Assembly: GCA_964489445.1 (NCBI GenBank)
Contig: CAZAYU010000006.1
Location: 53,518 to 117,517, forward strand
Reading direction: 5' to 3'
From: an uncultured Planctomycetia bacterium
Lineage (GTDB): Bacteria; Omnitrophota; Gorgyraeia; Duberdicusellales; 4484-171
Length of the DNA: 64,000 nt
This document shows positions 47,001 through 57,714 of the stretch, one piece after another. Each line of letters opens with the position of its first letter. The stretch's first letter is position 1. The notes under the pieces were generated by a model, which saw only the letters and a program-made list of their open reading frames with translations, was not told the origin of the DNA and made no database searches. A program made the position numbers and the translations under genes.

Positions 47001-49001
47001 TTAATAGTTATCTGGATTAATATGCAACCCCTGCAAACACGGTTCTTTACAATTTTTTATTCTCTCTAGTTCTTTTTGATAATCGCTTGAGTTAAAAACA
47101 TCTTTGAACCTCAATTTATATAATGGCATATTTATTTCTGTTCCACACAAATACGGCTTACCTTCAAAAGTAATATTTAATGATTCAAATCCGGTTAAGC
47201 AACGATTTGATTTTTTAAGCTTATTATCAAAATAGTCAATATATCGTTCAACAACCGAAACCGGACGAGCACTTATATCAGGGTTATTCTTTACATACTC
47301 AATAATATCCTTCAACTTATTTTTTTCCAACTCTGTTATCAAAAAATTCCCTTTAACATGGCATAGTTCATTGTTTGGAATAACTGGCTGGATGTCAACC
47401 CTTACCCCCTTATACTGTTTAAGCAACATTAAAAATGCAATATAATGCATGAAATTCTCCGGCATCAATATCGAACTTACTGTTAAAAAATTAATCCTCT
47501 GCAATTTATAATAATTATGATAAATTGCTTTAAAATTAAAAAACGACTTTTGAAAAGCGCCACTTCCACGAATAAAATCATGAGTATATTCCAGCCCATC
47601 GATTGAAAAAATTATTCCTATTTTCTTTAATTCTTCTTTTGAAAAATTATTCAAAAATTCCTCATTAAATAGAATCCCATTAGATATAATATTGACTGTA
47701 GCAATATCTGTTGCGCAAACAAATTTAATTATTTCCGGTAAATCTTTACGTAACAGCGGCTCTCCCCCACCAAATGTGATTCTTTCAATATTGCAATCAT
47801 TATTTAAATTAAGAATCAGCCTCTTCCACTCTTCCTTAGTAATTTCATCTTGGATATCAAATTTACCCTTACCAGTAGTGCACATAATGCATTTAAGATT
47901 ACAGCGATTAGTAATCGCAATATAAAACTCTGTGATATTGAACTCCTTTCTATCCATTATTACTTTCTTGCTGCTACTTTCTTCGTCTAAGCAACGTTTT
48001 AGCTCTTGATTAATTGCTTTAATTGGACTACAACAGCTATCCCAGCAAAGAGTGCTATCGTAATAGTGCTTATATTGTTCGATTAGTTTATAGTAAATAT
48101 CACCTAAGTCCTCATCGTAAACATTAAATGGTGTTTTTTGAGGATCACCGTTACACTTTAATACTTGCCCCTGACAATCAATTAAAATTTTATATAAGTA
48201 GAAAAAACATTTATTTTTTGCAATACTTGATATTTCCGAATTAATTTTTTGGATATCAGCGCAAGATTCATTGTCTAACCATTCTGCTCGGTTAAAATTA
48301 ACAGGAGTATCCATATTTTTTAATCTATATTTAAAATCTATTATCTGTTTGTCTGCAGGCAATAGCTCATTAAACTTTTGTGTCATTTTGACTAATTTGA
48401 TTAAAGTTACATTCTTTATTCTATAAAGCTCTGATTTTAAAAAATAATTTTCCACGTTATCATAGTTAATATTTGTCACTACCATATTAAGATTTAAATT
48501 AAGAGTTGGATTATTTTTAACGGTAAATTCTAAGAACCCTATTATTCTCTGTAAATAATCATCACCACCACAAGCCGGTTTTAATTTATACTGAATAGCT
48601 GGAACAAATGAATCTAAAGATATAGTCACTACATCCCAACCTATTTTTTTTATAAATTGCGCAAATTCTAAATCAAGTTTGCTACCGTTAGTCAATAAAG
48701 TACCAATGAGTTTTCTCTTTTTAATCTCTTCCATTAAAAATTTAATATCCTCGACTATTGTTGGTTCGCCAATTAAAGATGTTAACGAAATTTCCTGAGT
48801 TCCCATCTTTTTTGCAGCATTAAGAATTTTTATTAAAACATCTCTGGATAAATATTTATGCTCATTATGTTTTACACTTCCGGAGCAATACAAACAATTT
48901 AGATTACAAAAATTATTAATAACTAAATCAATGCAATAAGGTCCTTTTTCCACGCCTTTCAACCTTTTCTTAAACCAAGAATAAAACTCTTTTGAAATCA
49001 T
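47001..49001 (-). CDS. double radical SAM protein (two rSAM+twitch modules)
   Basis: CNLNCLYC/IGEPT ... CWDSCC, then CNLKCIMC/GGGEPL ... CKEPCLQ. Confidence 0.92.
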   Translation of the reverse strand: MISKEFYSWFKKRLKGVEKGPYCIDLVINNFCNLNCLYCSGSVKHNEHKYLSRDVLIKILNAAKKMGTQEISLTSLIGEPTIVEDIKFLMEEIKKRKLIGTLLTNGSKLDLEFAQFIKKIGWDVVTISLDSFVPAIQYKLKPACGGDDYLQRIIGFLEFTVKNNPTLNLNLNMVVTNINYDNVENYFLKSELYRIKNVTLIKLVKMTQKFNELLPADKQIIDFKYRLKNMDTPVNFNRAEWLDNESCADIQKINSEISSIAKNKCFFYLYKILIDCQGQVLKCNGDPQKTPFNVYDEDLGDIYYKLIEQYKHYYDSTLCWDSCCSPIKAINQELKRCLDEESSSKKVIMDRKEFNITEFYIAITNRCNLKCIMCTTGKGKFDIQDEITKEEWKRLILNLNNDCNIERITFGGGEPLLRKDLPEIIKFVCATDIATVNIISNGILFNEEFLNNFSKEELKKIGIIFSIDGLEYTHDFIRGSGAFQKSFFNFKAIYHNYYKLQRINFLTVSSILMPENFMHYIAFLMLLKQYKGVRVDIQPVIPNNELCHVKGNFLITELEKNKLKDIIEYVKNNPDISARPVSVVERYIDYFDNKLKKSNRCLTGFESLNITFEGKPYLCGTEINMPLYKLRFKDVFNSSDYQKELERIKNCKEPCLQGLHINPDNY

Positions 49002-49095
49002 TGATTAAATATTGAAAATATCAGATTTAAGGTAAATTTATAAATACAATAATAAGTTACAACAGCCACTCAATCACCAACAAAACCTTTATCAA

Positions 49096-52071
49096 TCAAT
49101 TACAAAGCACTTTAATTGCTTCCCTGATTCTTTCCTTTTGGCTATGCGCCTTTGAAGGAGAAAAAAAAGCATATCCGTCAGCTTTTGTTAAATAATTTAA
49201 AAGCAACCGTAAGTCATTGATTAAATATTGTTTTCCGCCACCAAGGCAATTGATTTTCAAATTATTGCTAGATCTTAATAATACTTCCATATTTTCGATT
49301 ATCAGAGAATAACTATTATTCATTAATTCCTGTAACGGTAACATCGGATACAATGATACATATTTTTCTAAGAAACGTAATTCTTGAAATATCAAAAATA
49401 AATTTCTTTTGCTACACAGCCGGCTGTGTATCTCTTCTGCCGAATCGGAAGACGGCCGTATAGAACAAAATTGAACACAATTATTTCGACAGTTTCTTAT
49501 TGTGTTTCTGAAATGTTCGGCATCTTTTGAAAACCATACAGTATCCCAAGAATCCTTGTCACCCTCTCCAAAATGCTGTAATTTTCTATCATTTGGCCCA
49601 TTACACACAAAGCATAATTTCTTTCCCACAAGTATTGCACGAGTAAAGCCAGCATAACATTTATCTACATATACAGCTTTTGAAAAATAAGTATATATTT
49701 TTTCACAAGGAATTTCTACATGTATTGGCATCCGTTTCTTTTTTTCTTCAATCTTTCTTAAAGCATCATCTAAATCCGGAAGTCGCTGTTCAGGTATCCA
49801 AAATTCGCTGCTTCTCATTCCTTTTAAGTCAGTATTGCACACGTAAGGTTGGACACAAATGCCACAAAGATCATACTCAAGACAAAAGTCTAGCATATCA
49901 TACATAGTATCAAGCGTTTGGTTCATTAAAATAGATAGAGTATTTACCCGCGGAAAAATCTTTTTTCTCCTTTTTTTCTCTACATTAATATAATTAATCG
50001 CTTCTATTGCTTGTTCAAAAACTCCTTCACCCCGCAATGAATTATGAATATCAGCATTTGGTGAATCTATAGAAATACCTAAGGTATCAAGCTCTACGTC
50101 TATCAATCTATCTATAATCTTTCTGCTTAAAATTGTTCCGTTAGTGTTAAGATGGACTATTATTCCAGGATAATAATCTTTTACATATTTTACAAGATTA
50201 AATATGTCTGGCCGCATTAATGCTTCTCCGCCAGTAAAATATACTTGCTTGAGATTACCTAGCTTATACACATCATCAATGCTCTTTTTAACATAAAACA
50301 TATCTAGTTCATCTTCGTTAGCATTCCAAACTCCGCACATTTTACAACGCAAATTACATTTTGTAGTAAGCAACAATTGATACATAAACGGCCCCACTAA
50401 AGGTTTATTTAGATAAAGCGAAAAATTATACAGATAATCTTCCTGAATATTTTTAAGAAAATCTAATTGTCCCTTGTCATCTTCTATTGAATAATTAAAG
50501 ATATTTACATCTTCCTCTAACATCAAACAACCTTTTGCCGAATCAATCTTGCTATCAATAATTTTGTCCTTTACTCCGTTATCGTTAGCATCTTTAGCTT
50601 TTATATAATAGGCTAAGGCTTGCTTGTGCTCATTATTCTCAATGCGCTTATCTCCTAGAAATAGATAATATTCAGATGGAGAGTAAAAACTATCTTCTTC
50701 CCGGCCAATATAATTATTGCAAAATTCTAGAATCTCTATTCTCTTTTGTAATGTATTCTCCCCATCTCTAGAGTGCCATCGCACAGAATTAAAATTATCT
50801 TCAAGCTCAATGCCAAAATCTCTTCTATTTTCATAGATATACGTTCCTTTAGCTATTACTAATAAATGAAAAAGAACCTTACCAATAAATCGTCTGTTAC
50901 GCTTAATAAATTCTGCTGTAAGGATAATATCCACATCTTCTTCTCCGGGAAGCCCTATTATCAACGTAACATCTGCTGTTATTCCTGCTGTATGAGTATT
51001 CTGTAGCACCAACTCTACCAATTCAGGCGTAAAACGTTTACCAATAGTCTTTAATGTTTTCGGGCTTAAACTTTCTAATCCGTAAGTAATGTGTGAGCAA
51101 CCTGCCATTTTCATTTTACTTAATAGATCTAAATTCATTTCTTCTCGTATACTAGCCTGCCCTCCCCAGTTAAGCTTTATTTTACTATCAACCAAACGAT
51201 CACAAAGACCATTCAATACTTTTAAATCTCCATTAATAAGAGAATCATTTAAAAATAGTGAACTAATACAAGGATGCTTATTGATTTGGTACATAATTTC
51301 ATCAAATATATTTCCTGCACTCCGTGTCCTGTATTTTTTCCAGTTTCTTGACTCACTGCAGAATATACATTTATTAATGCAGCCTCTACTAGTTGATATT
51401 GCTAACTTATGACTGTGAAACTCATCTAAATGATATTTATCAAAATTAAAATCAGAATAATCAGCAAAAGGCAATTCATCTAAATTCTCTATTAATTCTT
51501 CTTCCGGACAGCTTATGATATCATTGTTAATGTCTCGAAAAGCTATTCCATTTAAACCGCTAACCTTACCACATCTTTCTACTATAGCTACTATCTGAGG
51601 AAGAACTTTTTCTCCTTCAAGATAACAAATAGCATCTACAAACTGATTAGTATGTAATAAAGATGCCCCCATCTCAGACTTAGTACAATGCGGTCCGCCA
51701 AAAATAATAATTTTATCGCTATTCTCCTCTTTAACCCTCCGAGCTATTTCTTCAGAAAAAAGACGATTTAATCCCGTAATGGTAAACCCGATTGTTTTAT
51801 AACCAATACTAATAATTGACTTTACACATTCTTCTATAAACTCCCCGTATAAATTGATTATTTTTTTAACAAAATCATCATTATACCAATCTGTGGGCCT
51901 ATCATATAAGGAGTTTTTCCTCAGCCCAACTAAATAATTATAAAATTCAATATTAAAATCTAAGCATTTTACCTTATAGCCTTCTGCCTGGCATGCTGCC
52001 TTAAGCAAGGCTAGACTATAGGGTGGTGAATGTATCGACCAACAAGGAGCTTGAACAATGACCAGGCTCAT
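49096..52071 (-). CDS. B12-binding radical SAM + TPR-like linker + second radical SAM/twitch domain (991 aa)
   Basis: PPYSLALL, TSRGCINKCIFC, GLES, IIGLPGE; YLFLGD...ALAYYIKA; CNLRCKMC, TGGEAL, CYAG, CRNNCVQFC. Confidence 0.92.
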   Translation of the reverse strand: MSLVIVQAPCWSIHSPPYSLALLKAACQAEGYKVKCLDFNIEFYNYLVGLRKNSLYDRPTDWYNDDFVKKIINLYGEFIEECVKSIISIGYKTIGFTITGLNRLFSEEIARRVKEENSDKIIIFGGPHCTKSEMGASLLHTNQFVDAICYLEGEKVLPQIVAIVERCGKVSGLNGIAFRDINNDIISCPEEELIENLDELPFADYSDFNFDKYHLDEFHSHKLAISTSRGCINKCIFCSESRNWKKYRTRSAGNIFDEIMYQINKHPCISSLFLNDSLINGDLKVLNGLCDRLVDSKIKLNWGGQASIREEMNLDLLSKMKMAGCSHITYGLESLSPKTLKTIGKRFTPELVELVLQNTHTAGITADVTLIIGLPGEEDVDIILTAEFIKRNRRFIGKVLFHLLVIAKGTYIYENRRDFGIELEDNFNSVRWHSRDGENTLQKRIEILEFCNNYIGREEDSFYSPSEYYLFLGDKRIENNEHKQALAYYIKAKDANDNGVKDKIIDSKIDSAKGCLMLEEDVNIFNYSIEDDKGQLDFLKNIQEDYLYNFSLYLNKPLVGPFMYQLLLTTKCNLRCKMCGVWNANEDELDMFYVKKSIDDVYKLGNLKQVYFTGGEALMRPDIFNLVKYVKDYYPGIIVHLNTNGTILSRKIIDRLIDVELDTLGISIDSPNADIHNSLRGEGVFEQAIEAINYINVEKKRRKKIFPRVNTLSILMNQTLDTMYDMLDFCLEYDLCGICVQPYVCNTDLKGMRSSEFWIPEQRLPDLDDALRKIEEKKKRMPIHVEIPCEKIYTYFSKAVYVDKCYAGFTRAILVGKKLCFVCNGPNDRKLQHFGEGDKDSWDTVWFSKDAEHFRNTIRNCRNNCVQFCSIRPSSDSAEEIHSRLCSKRNLFLIFQELRFLEKYVSLYPMLPLQELMNNSYSLIIENMEVLLRSSNNLKINCLGGGKQYLINDLRLLLNYLTKADGYAFFSPSKAHSQKERIREAIKVLCN

Positions 52072-52201
52072 AATCCTTTCTTATTATTACTCAATAAATA
52101 AAAATTCATTTATCTGTTATCAAAAGGAAACTAACTAAATTCAATAGCTTTTTTAACATTTTTAAAAAATAACCCATGCAAAGCAACGCAAGGAATATTA
52201 G

Positions 52202-53242
52202 TTATACATCGTCACAGAAGCATGGTAACAAACATGGCCATGCGCATCTTTTTACCTGATTTCTTGCCTGAATTATTTCCTTGCTCATAAGGACATCTTT
52301 TAATAACGTGTTTTTTAAACTTCCATACACAGAAAAACACGTTCGACATTTTCCATCATTAGCCACCAGAATTGTTCTGTCCGCAGACAAACATTTAGCA
52401 TTTTCCGGCAATAATCTGTTGCAGTAATAGTCTCTCATTAACAACAAGTTGGTAATTGAATTCTTTATAAAATCCGGTTTTTCTTTTTTTAACTCTATCA
52501 GTTTACTTAAGGAATCATCCAGTATATTTAGCCGATCTTTAAGAACCCAAAATTCAGATTTCTTTCGTTCATTCATCCTTAGATTATTGGGAAGCAGCGC
52601 TTGAAATTGTAATGAATCTGCACCTAAAGATTCAACAAAAGCAGCAATGTCCGCTAATTCTTCTAAATTATGATTCAAAATTATAGTAATTACGTTAAAT
52701 TTTACCTGCGAATTACTTTTCTTCAAGCAAGAAAGAACACCAAGCCCTTCTACTGTTTTCTTCCAAGCATTATCATAGTTGCGGATATAATTATGGGTAT
52801 CTGCTTTTAATGAGTCTAAAGAAAAGACCAACGAAATAGTATTATCCAGGATATAGGGCTCTAATCTGTTAATATTTTCCGCAATCATTATCCCATTTGT
52901 CAAAACACCTAAATTTTTAATATTTATATTTCTTGCGTAATCAAATATTTCATATATATCTTTTCTTATTAGTGGCTCACCTCCAGAAAGAGCAATTTCA
53001 TTTATCCCCAGTTTTTTAGCTTGATCAAGCACCCGCTGGACATGATAAATATCTATATCTTTTTCGGAAATACCAGTTTTCCATATATCACAAATACGAC
53101 ACTTTAGATTGCAGGAATGTGTAATATCTAAGATGATAAGCCGAGGCAGATAAAGATTATTAACTTTGTTTAACATTGCCAGACTGAATTCGGAAATATT
53201 CATGAATATTTCCAAAAATATAAAAAATTTTATGAAGAGCAA
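52202..53242 (-). CDS. radical SAM/twitch protein (CKMC-like subfamily); true start probably near 53176
   Basis: CNLKCRIC, SGGEPL, SLDS, FQA, FWV, CAWPCLLPCFC. Confidence 0.9.
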   Translation of the reverse strand: MLFIKFFIFLEIFMNISEFSLAMLNKVNNLYLPRLIILDITHSCNLKCRICDIWKTGISEKDIDIYHVQRVLDQAKKLGINEIALSGGEPLIRKDIYEIFDYARNINIKNLGVLTNGIMIAENINRLEPYILDNTISLVFSLDSLKADTHNYIRNYDNAWKKTVEGLGVLSCLKKSNSQVKFNVITIILNHNLEELADIAAFVESLGADSLQFQALLPNNLRMNERKKSEFWVLKDRLNILDDSLSKLIELKKEKPDFIKNSITNLLLMRDYYCNRLLPENAKCLSADRTILVANDGKCRTCFSVYGSLKNTLLKDVLMSKEIIQARNQVKRCAWPCLLPCFCDDV

Positions 53243-54107
53243 AATAAATATAAACAGTTATTCGTCGAGCCCCTGTCCCCTTACTCTGATGTTTAAGAAA
53301 TTGTTTACCTAATATACAGCTAAATCGTGGAATTTTAATAAGATTGCCTAATGTCGATAGCCAAAAAGAACTTCTTCCTATTTTTAGTTCTTTTAATAAA
53401 ACATGACTATTGTTTTTATATTTTGTTAATAGGTTACCTCTTCCGTAAATATAAGCTTGTTCAAGAAAGCTTATGAATGTATCCTCGCGATAATGAATAA
53501 CTCTTATTTTTTTATCCCAGATAAATCTATGGCCATCCTTGAACAGACGCCAAAAAAAATCTAAATCTTCGCCTCCCGGCAAAGGAAAATCTTTATCAAA
53601 TTTATATTTCTCAAAAATTTCTCTCTTAAGAGAAACATTGCAAGTAGGAAAAAATATTATTTCTTCTTTGCCATCAATATTGGTATTAATACTACACGTA
53701 CTTAAGAATTGACTAACCAATACAGCAATCTTAGGCGATCGAGAATAAGTACCTCCACCTACAGCCGAGACATCGGGGTTATCCTTATGTATTTTAACCA
53801 TCAATTCCACCCAATTTTTCTCAGCAACACAATCATCATCAGTGAATAAAACTATTTTTCCTTGGGCAGCTTCTACTCCTAAATTTCTTGCTACAGCTGG
53901 ACCCCTAGAAAGTTGAGAAACATAAACTAAATTACCAAAGTTAAATTTTATTTGAAAAATTAACTTCTTTATCTCTTTATTTGCTCGATCATCAACAACT
54001 ATAACCTCAAACTTATTTAGAGGATAGTTCTGCTTAGCTAAAGAACTCAAGCAATCAATTAATTTTTTCTTTCTGCCACACGTAGGTACTACTACCGAAA
54101 CTTCCAT
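53160..54107 (-). CDS. glycosyltransferase family 2
   Basis: VVVPT, EVIVVDD, GPAVARN, FTDDDC, GGEDLDF. Confidence 0.92.
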   Translation of the reverse strand: MEVSVVVPTCGRKKKLIDCLSSLAKQNYPLNKFEVIVVDDRANKEIKKLIFQIKFNFGNLVYVSQLSRGPAVARNLGVEAAQGKIVLFTDDDCVAEKNWVELMVKIHKDNPDVSAVGGGTYSRSPKIAVLVSQFLSTCSINTNIDGKEEIIFFPTCNVSLKREIFEKYKFDKDFPLPGGEDLDFFWRLFKDGHRFIWDKKIRVIHYREDTFISFLEQAYIYGRGNLLTKYKNNSHVLLKELKIGRSSFWLSTLGNLIKIPRFSCILGKQFLKHQSKGTGARRITVYIYFALHKIFYIFGNIHEYFRIQSGNVKQS

Positions 54108-54111
54108 TTTT

Positions 54112-56841
54112 TTACTCTCCGTTAACCATTATTTCACCTTTTGAATATATATACTCTCCAGGCATTAAACTAATCGGAACATCATCTAAATATTGTAAAA
54201 CTCTACCACGAAAATTAAGATCTGTGTTTACTATGTTAAGCTTGTCCTGCTGACTTCTAAAAAAGGGGGTAAATATTATTTCGGGAAAATAACTTTCCTT
54301 TTTTCTAATCCTCTTTACCCCAGCATAGAACTTATTATCCTCCGACAAACAACATGAAGAAATAACTCCCCAATCATCGTCAACATTTCCATCAAAAAGA
54401 GGAAATGTCCCTTCATTTTTATTGAATGCCCATTGTTTATATTCTTCAGAAAGCATAATATTTGTCTGCTGGCGATCAATTCCAATTTCTTTATTAACTC
54501 TCATTTTAATTGAAAACGCAATAACACCCTCCCGTACTAATCTTAAATTCCAATATTGTTCTATTGGCAAATGCATCCATCTGCCAATAGAATTAATTTC
54601 GGAATCATTACCCTGAACACTCCATACAGCATGCGTACAAGAATCGTACCATCTGCCTTGCGACCGCAAAGAGGTATAAAAACCAAGCTGCTTTGTTAAT
54701 TTTTTATCATTCCAAAATATTTCTCCTCTCCCATTTGTTAAATTATACTTTAATTTTTTTTTCGCCACCATCCAAGAATCATTGGTAGTATTTTGTTGTT
54801 TAGCGTCATATTTTAAGGAAATTCTTACCTCAAAACACCTATGCCTACCTTGCGCAAACTTTCTTTTATCCTCCGGTTCAACACTTTGGATAGACAATAC
54901 TCTTGTCCGGCAAGACATAGCTGAATTAAAAATTTTAGCAAAATTATGCGGTTTTTTAGAGAAATCTAATAAAATATCCGGCAAATGTTTATCTAAACTA
55001 GACAAAATAATACTTTCATCGGGAATACATCTTTGCAACATATCCTCTTCGCGCTCTGAAAAAATATCCGAAAATGCACCCTTACCATACTTACTAAAAT
55101 AATATTTGTATCTTTCTGATAACTCAATCCTGATAAACTTTTCCTCAATCTCTAATTCATCTTTTATCTCGATATCTAAAGTAAAAATAAAATAATCTTC
55201 ACTAATAATTTCTATTTCCCAGATACAAATAACAGGTAAATACGCACTCTCACACCTGGCAATTATTTTTTTATTGCCTTCTTTTTTTATCTCCCAGAAA
55301 CTAGATTCAAAATTATACACCCGGCCTGCACAACGTAAAAAAAAGCTTACACAATTACCTTTGACTAAAGATAAATCATTAAAGAACGGAATGACTTTCC
55401 CATTATTAAATGTTAACCTTAACCTCTCTTGTGATATTGTTGTTTCGTCTTGAATATTCTTAAGATAAGCAGGCACATCTTTGATTCCAATAATGATTTT
55501 TCCGCTAAAAAATGTTAACCGTTTCCCTTTATTTTTAGAATAATTTTGTACATTCGCTATTTGAAATTGCAAAATTCGCGAGGAAATGAAACAATCTGAA
55601 TTTAATATTTGCCCATAGACAGGTAAAGCAGATAATGATTGTTCAACAATAAAAGAAGGCATACTCTCAGCAAGGCTATTCTCGGTTATTACTCCGATAC
55701 ATCTTCTAGAAATATTATCTTCCAATAAAGGCATCCATTGGTTATTACCTTCAATTATGGAGGGAAAATTATCTTTTTCGCCTAGAGAAGTAAACCATTG
55801 CTGATATTTATCAACTAAAATAAAATCAACACATCCCTGTTCAATTTCCATCATTTGTTCACTCTCAATCCCAATATCTATCTTTATCTCGCCGGAATCC
55901 ATCAATTCTATTTTCCAAACAACAATAAGCTCTATTTGATATATCCGCCCCTTAGCTGTAATCCGCTTATCACTTTCTTCTTCAATCTCCCAGTAGGCTT
56001 GAAAAGAATTGTACCGTTTATCTCGCGTAAAGAAATTAATATGTATTCCGGAAGAATTAGTAATAGGCTGATCGGCCCAATTAATAAATAAGCGGCCATT
56101 ATTAAATACAATACTTAAATTATCTTTTTTTAGGATCCCGACACCCTCCTTTGCCCCGACTACTTGTGTATAAAGAGCGATGGTCTTTTTCACCTCAGAA
56201 TCCTTAATGAGCCTACCCTCTTTAAGCAAAATAGCTCTCTTGCAAAGCCTCTGCAGCATCCCCATTTCATGGGTAACGTAAACAATTGTTGCACCTTTTT
56301 CTCTGATTTCAAATATTTTCTTTATGCATTTTTTTTGAAAAGACTCATCTCCCACCGCTAAAGTATCATCGATTAATAATATTTCCGGATCCAGACAAAT
56401 AGCAATCGAAAACGCCAAACGGACAAACATTCCTTGAGAGTAATACTTAACCGGAGCATTAATAAATTTCCCAATTGCGGCAAAATTTTCAATATCTTCG
56501 TATTTCTGATCAATTTCCTGTCGTGTAAATCCAAAAAAAGTGCTGTTTAAGAAAATATTATCTTTTCCGCTTAATTCCTGCTGAAAACCAGCTCCCAAAT
56601 CTAAAAGCCCGGTTACTCTCCCAGAAACACTCACCTCGCCTCGATCAGGGACGAGTATTCCGGCAATTAACTTTAAAATAGTAGATTTTCCTGCCCCGTT
56701 TTCTCCGATTATTCCCAGACTTTGCCCCTTCTCAACATCAAATGTTATATCCTTTAATGCCCAAAAATTATCCCAAGAAAGTTTACCATCAATAATAAAC
56801 TTTATTCGAAATATTTCCCAAACATCTTTAAACGTGATCAT
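54112..56841 (-). CDS. wzt: polysaccharide ABC exporter ATP-binding subunit with three tandem C-terminal beta-rich repeats
   Basis: FWALKDITF, GENGAGKST, YSQGMFVRLAF, PEILLIDDTLAVGD.SFQKKC; ~670-aa C-terminal extension; follows wzm. Confidence 0.93.
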   Translation of the reverse strand: MITFKDVWEIFRIKFIIDGKLSWDNFWALKDITFDVEKGQSLGIIGENGAGKSTILKLIAGILVPDRGEVSVSGRVTGLLDLGAGFQQELSGKDNIFLNSTFFGFTRQEIDQKYEDIENFAAIGKFINAPVKYYSQGMFVRLAFSIAICLDPEILLIDDTLAVGDESFQKKCIKKIFEIREKGATIVYVTHEMGMLQRLCKRAILLKEGRLIKDSEVKKTIALYTQVVGAKEGVGILKKDNLSIVFNNGRLFINWADQPITNSSGIHINFFTRDKRYNSFQAYWEIEEESDKRITAKGRIYQIELIVVWKIELMDSGEIKIDIGIESEQMMEIEQGCVDFILVDKYQQWFTSLGEKDNFPSIIEGNNQWMPLLEDNISRRCIGVITENSLAESMPSFIVEQSLSALPVYGQILNSDCFISSRILQFQIANVQNYSKNKGKRLTFFSGKIIIGIKDVPAYLKNIQDETTISQERLRLTFNNGKVIPFFNDLSLVKGNCVSFFLRCAGRVYNFESSFWEIKKEGNKKIIARCESAYLPVICIWEIEIISEDYFIFTLDIEIKDELEIEEKFIRIELSERYKYYFSKYGKGAFSDIFSEREEDMLQRCIPDESIILSSLDKHLPDILLDFSKKPHNFAKIFNSAMSCRTRVLSIQSVEPEDKRKFAQGRHRCFEVRISLKYDAKQQNTTNDSWMVAKKKLKYNLTNGRGEIFWNDKKLTKQLGFYTSLRSQGRWYDSCTHAVWSVQGNDSEINSIGRWMHLPIEQYWNLRLVREGVIAFSIKMRVNKEIGIDRQQTNIMLSEEYKQWAFNKNEGTFPLFDGNVDDDWGVISSCCLSEDNKFYAGVKRIRKKESYFPEIIFTPFFRSQQDKLNIVNTDLNFRGRVLQYLDDVPISLMPGEYIYSKGEIMVNGE

Positions 56842-56847
56842 ACTATT

Positions 56848-57642
56848 TTACAATTTTTTAAATAATTCCTTCTCAAAATACGAAAAAACTTTAAATCCAA
56901 GAATTAAACTGACAATAGCCCACAAGAATGTACCTGCAAATATAGAAATGCTAGGCAAATTTCCATTAAAAATAACATCACGATAATATTGAATATAGCA
57001 ACTCATAGGATTTATACTTATTACCCACCTAAGCTGTTCGGGAAGCATCTCCGAAGAATAGAATATCGGAGTTATCCAGAACCAAAGCATAAGCATAACC
57101 CCTAGAAAATGTGTTATGTCACGATAAACTACATTAAGAACAGAAAGCATAAGCGAAATACCGCAAATAAACAAAAAATGCAAAAATAAAACGATAAACA
57201 AAAAAGGGACCAAACTAATTATTTTAAAATTAAAAAATAAAAATACAAAATATAGTGTGCAAAACCCAGCAATAAATTCCAAAAAATTTGCCAGAACAAC
57301 AGATATCGGAAATATTTCTTTAGGTATATTGAACTGTTGCAAAAGCCCTCGCTGATTTATAATCGACCCTGCAGCATCAAACAGAGAACTAGAAAAAAAC
57401 ATCCAAGGGATAATACCAGCAAGAACGAAAAGAGGAAAATTTTTGATTTCCGCCTTAAAAATAAAAGTGAACACAAAAGTTATTACAAGCATTAATAATA
57501 AAGGATTAACTACTGCCCAAAATACCCCTAAAAAGGCATTCGAATATTTTGCCTTCACCCTAGAAAAGGCAATTTTCCATAAATTGCCACGATAAGAATA
57601 TATTTTAGTTATTCTTTCCCTTAACATAATACTAAAACGCAT
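56848..57642 (-). CDS. wzm: polysaccharide ABC exporter permease
   Basis: KY..AFLG.FWAVVNPLL, GIIPWMFF, YRDI, WITPIFY, INPM, six TMs. Confidence 0.95.
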   Translation of the reverse strand: MRFSIMLRERITKIYSYRGNLWKIAFSRVKAKYSNAFLGVFWAVVNPLLLMLVITFVFTFIFKAEIKNFPLFVLAGIIPWMFFSSSLFDAAGSIINQRGLLQQFNIPKEIFPISVVLANFLEFIAGFCTLYFVFLFFNFKIISLVPFLFIVLFLHFLFICGISLMLSVLNVVYRDITHFLGVMLMLWFWITPIFYSSEMLPEQLRWVISINPMSCYIQYYRDVIFNGNLPSISIFAGTFLWAIVSLILGFKVFSYFEKELFKKL

Positions 57643-57714
57643 ATTTTAACATAAACCACTTTATGCTTCAATATTTTCCGCCACATAAACAAAACCCAGT
57701 CTCATGTATCATCA

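Noticed and set aside
43718-49001. Separate horizontally acquired island (looks more AT-rich)
   Set aside because: Visual impression only; no integrase, IS or flanking repeats were seen. A sliding-window GC/codon analysis would be needed.
977-53242. RiPP cluster interpretation of the SPASM/twitch enzymes
   Set aside because: No convincing precursor peptide, PqqD/RRE domain or peptidase-transporter was seen, and the context is glycan. It cannot be fully excluded because the locus extends beyond the window.
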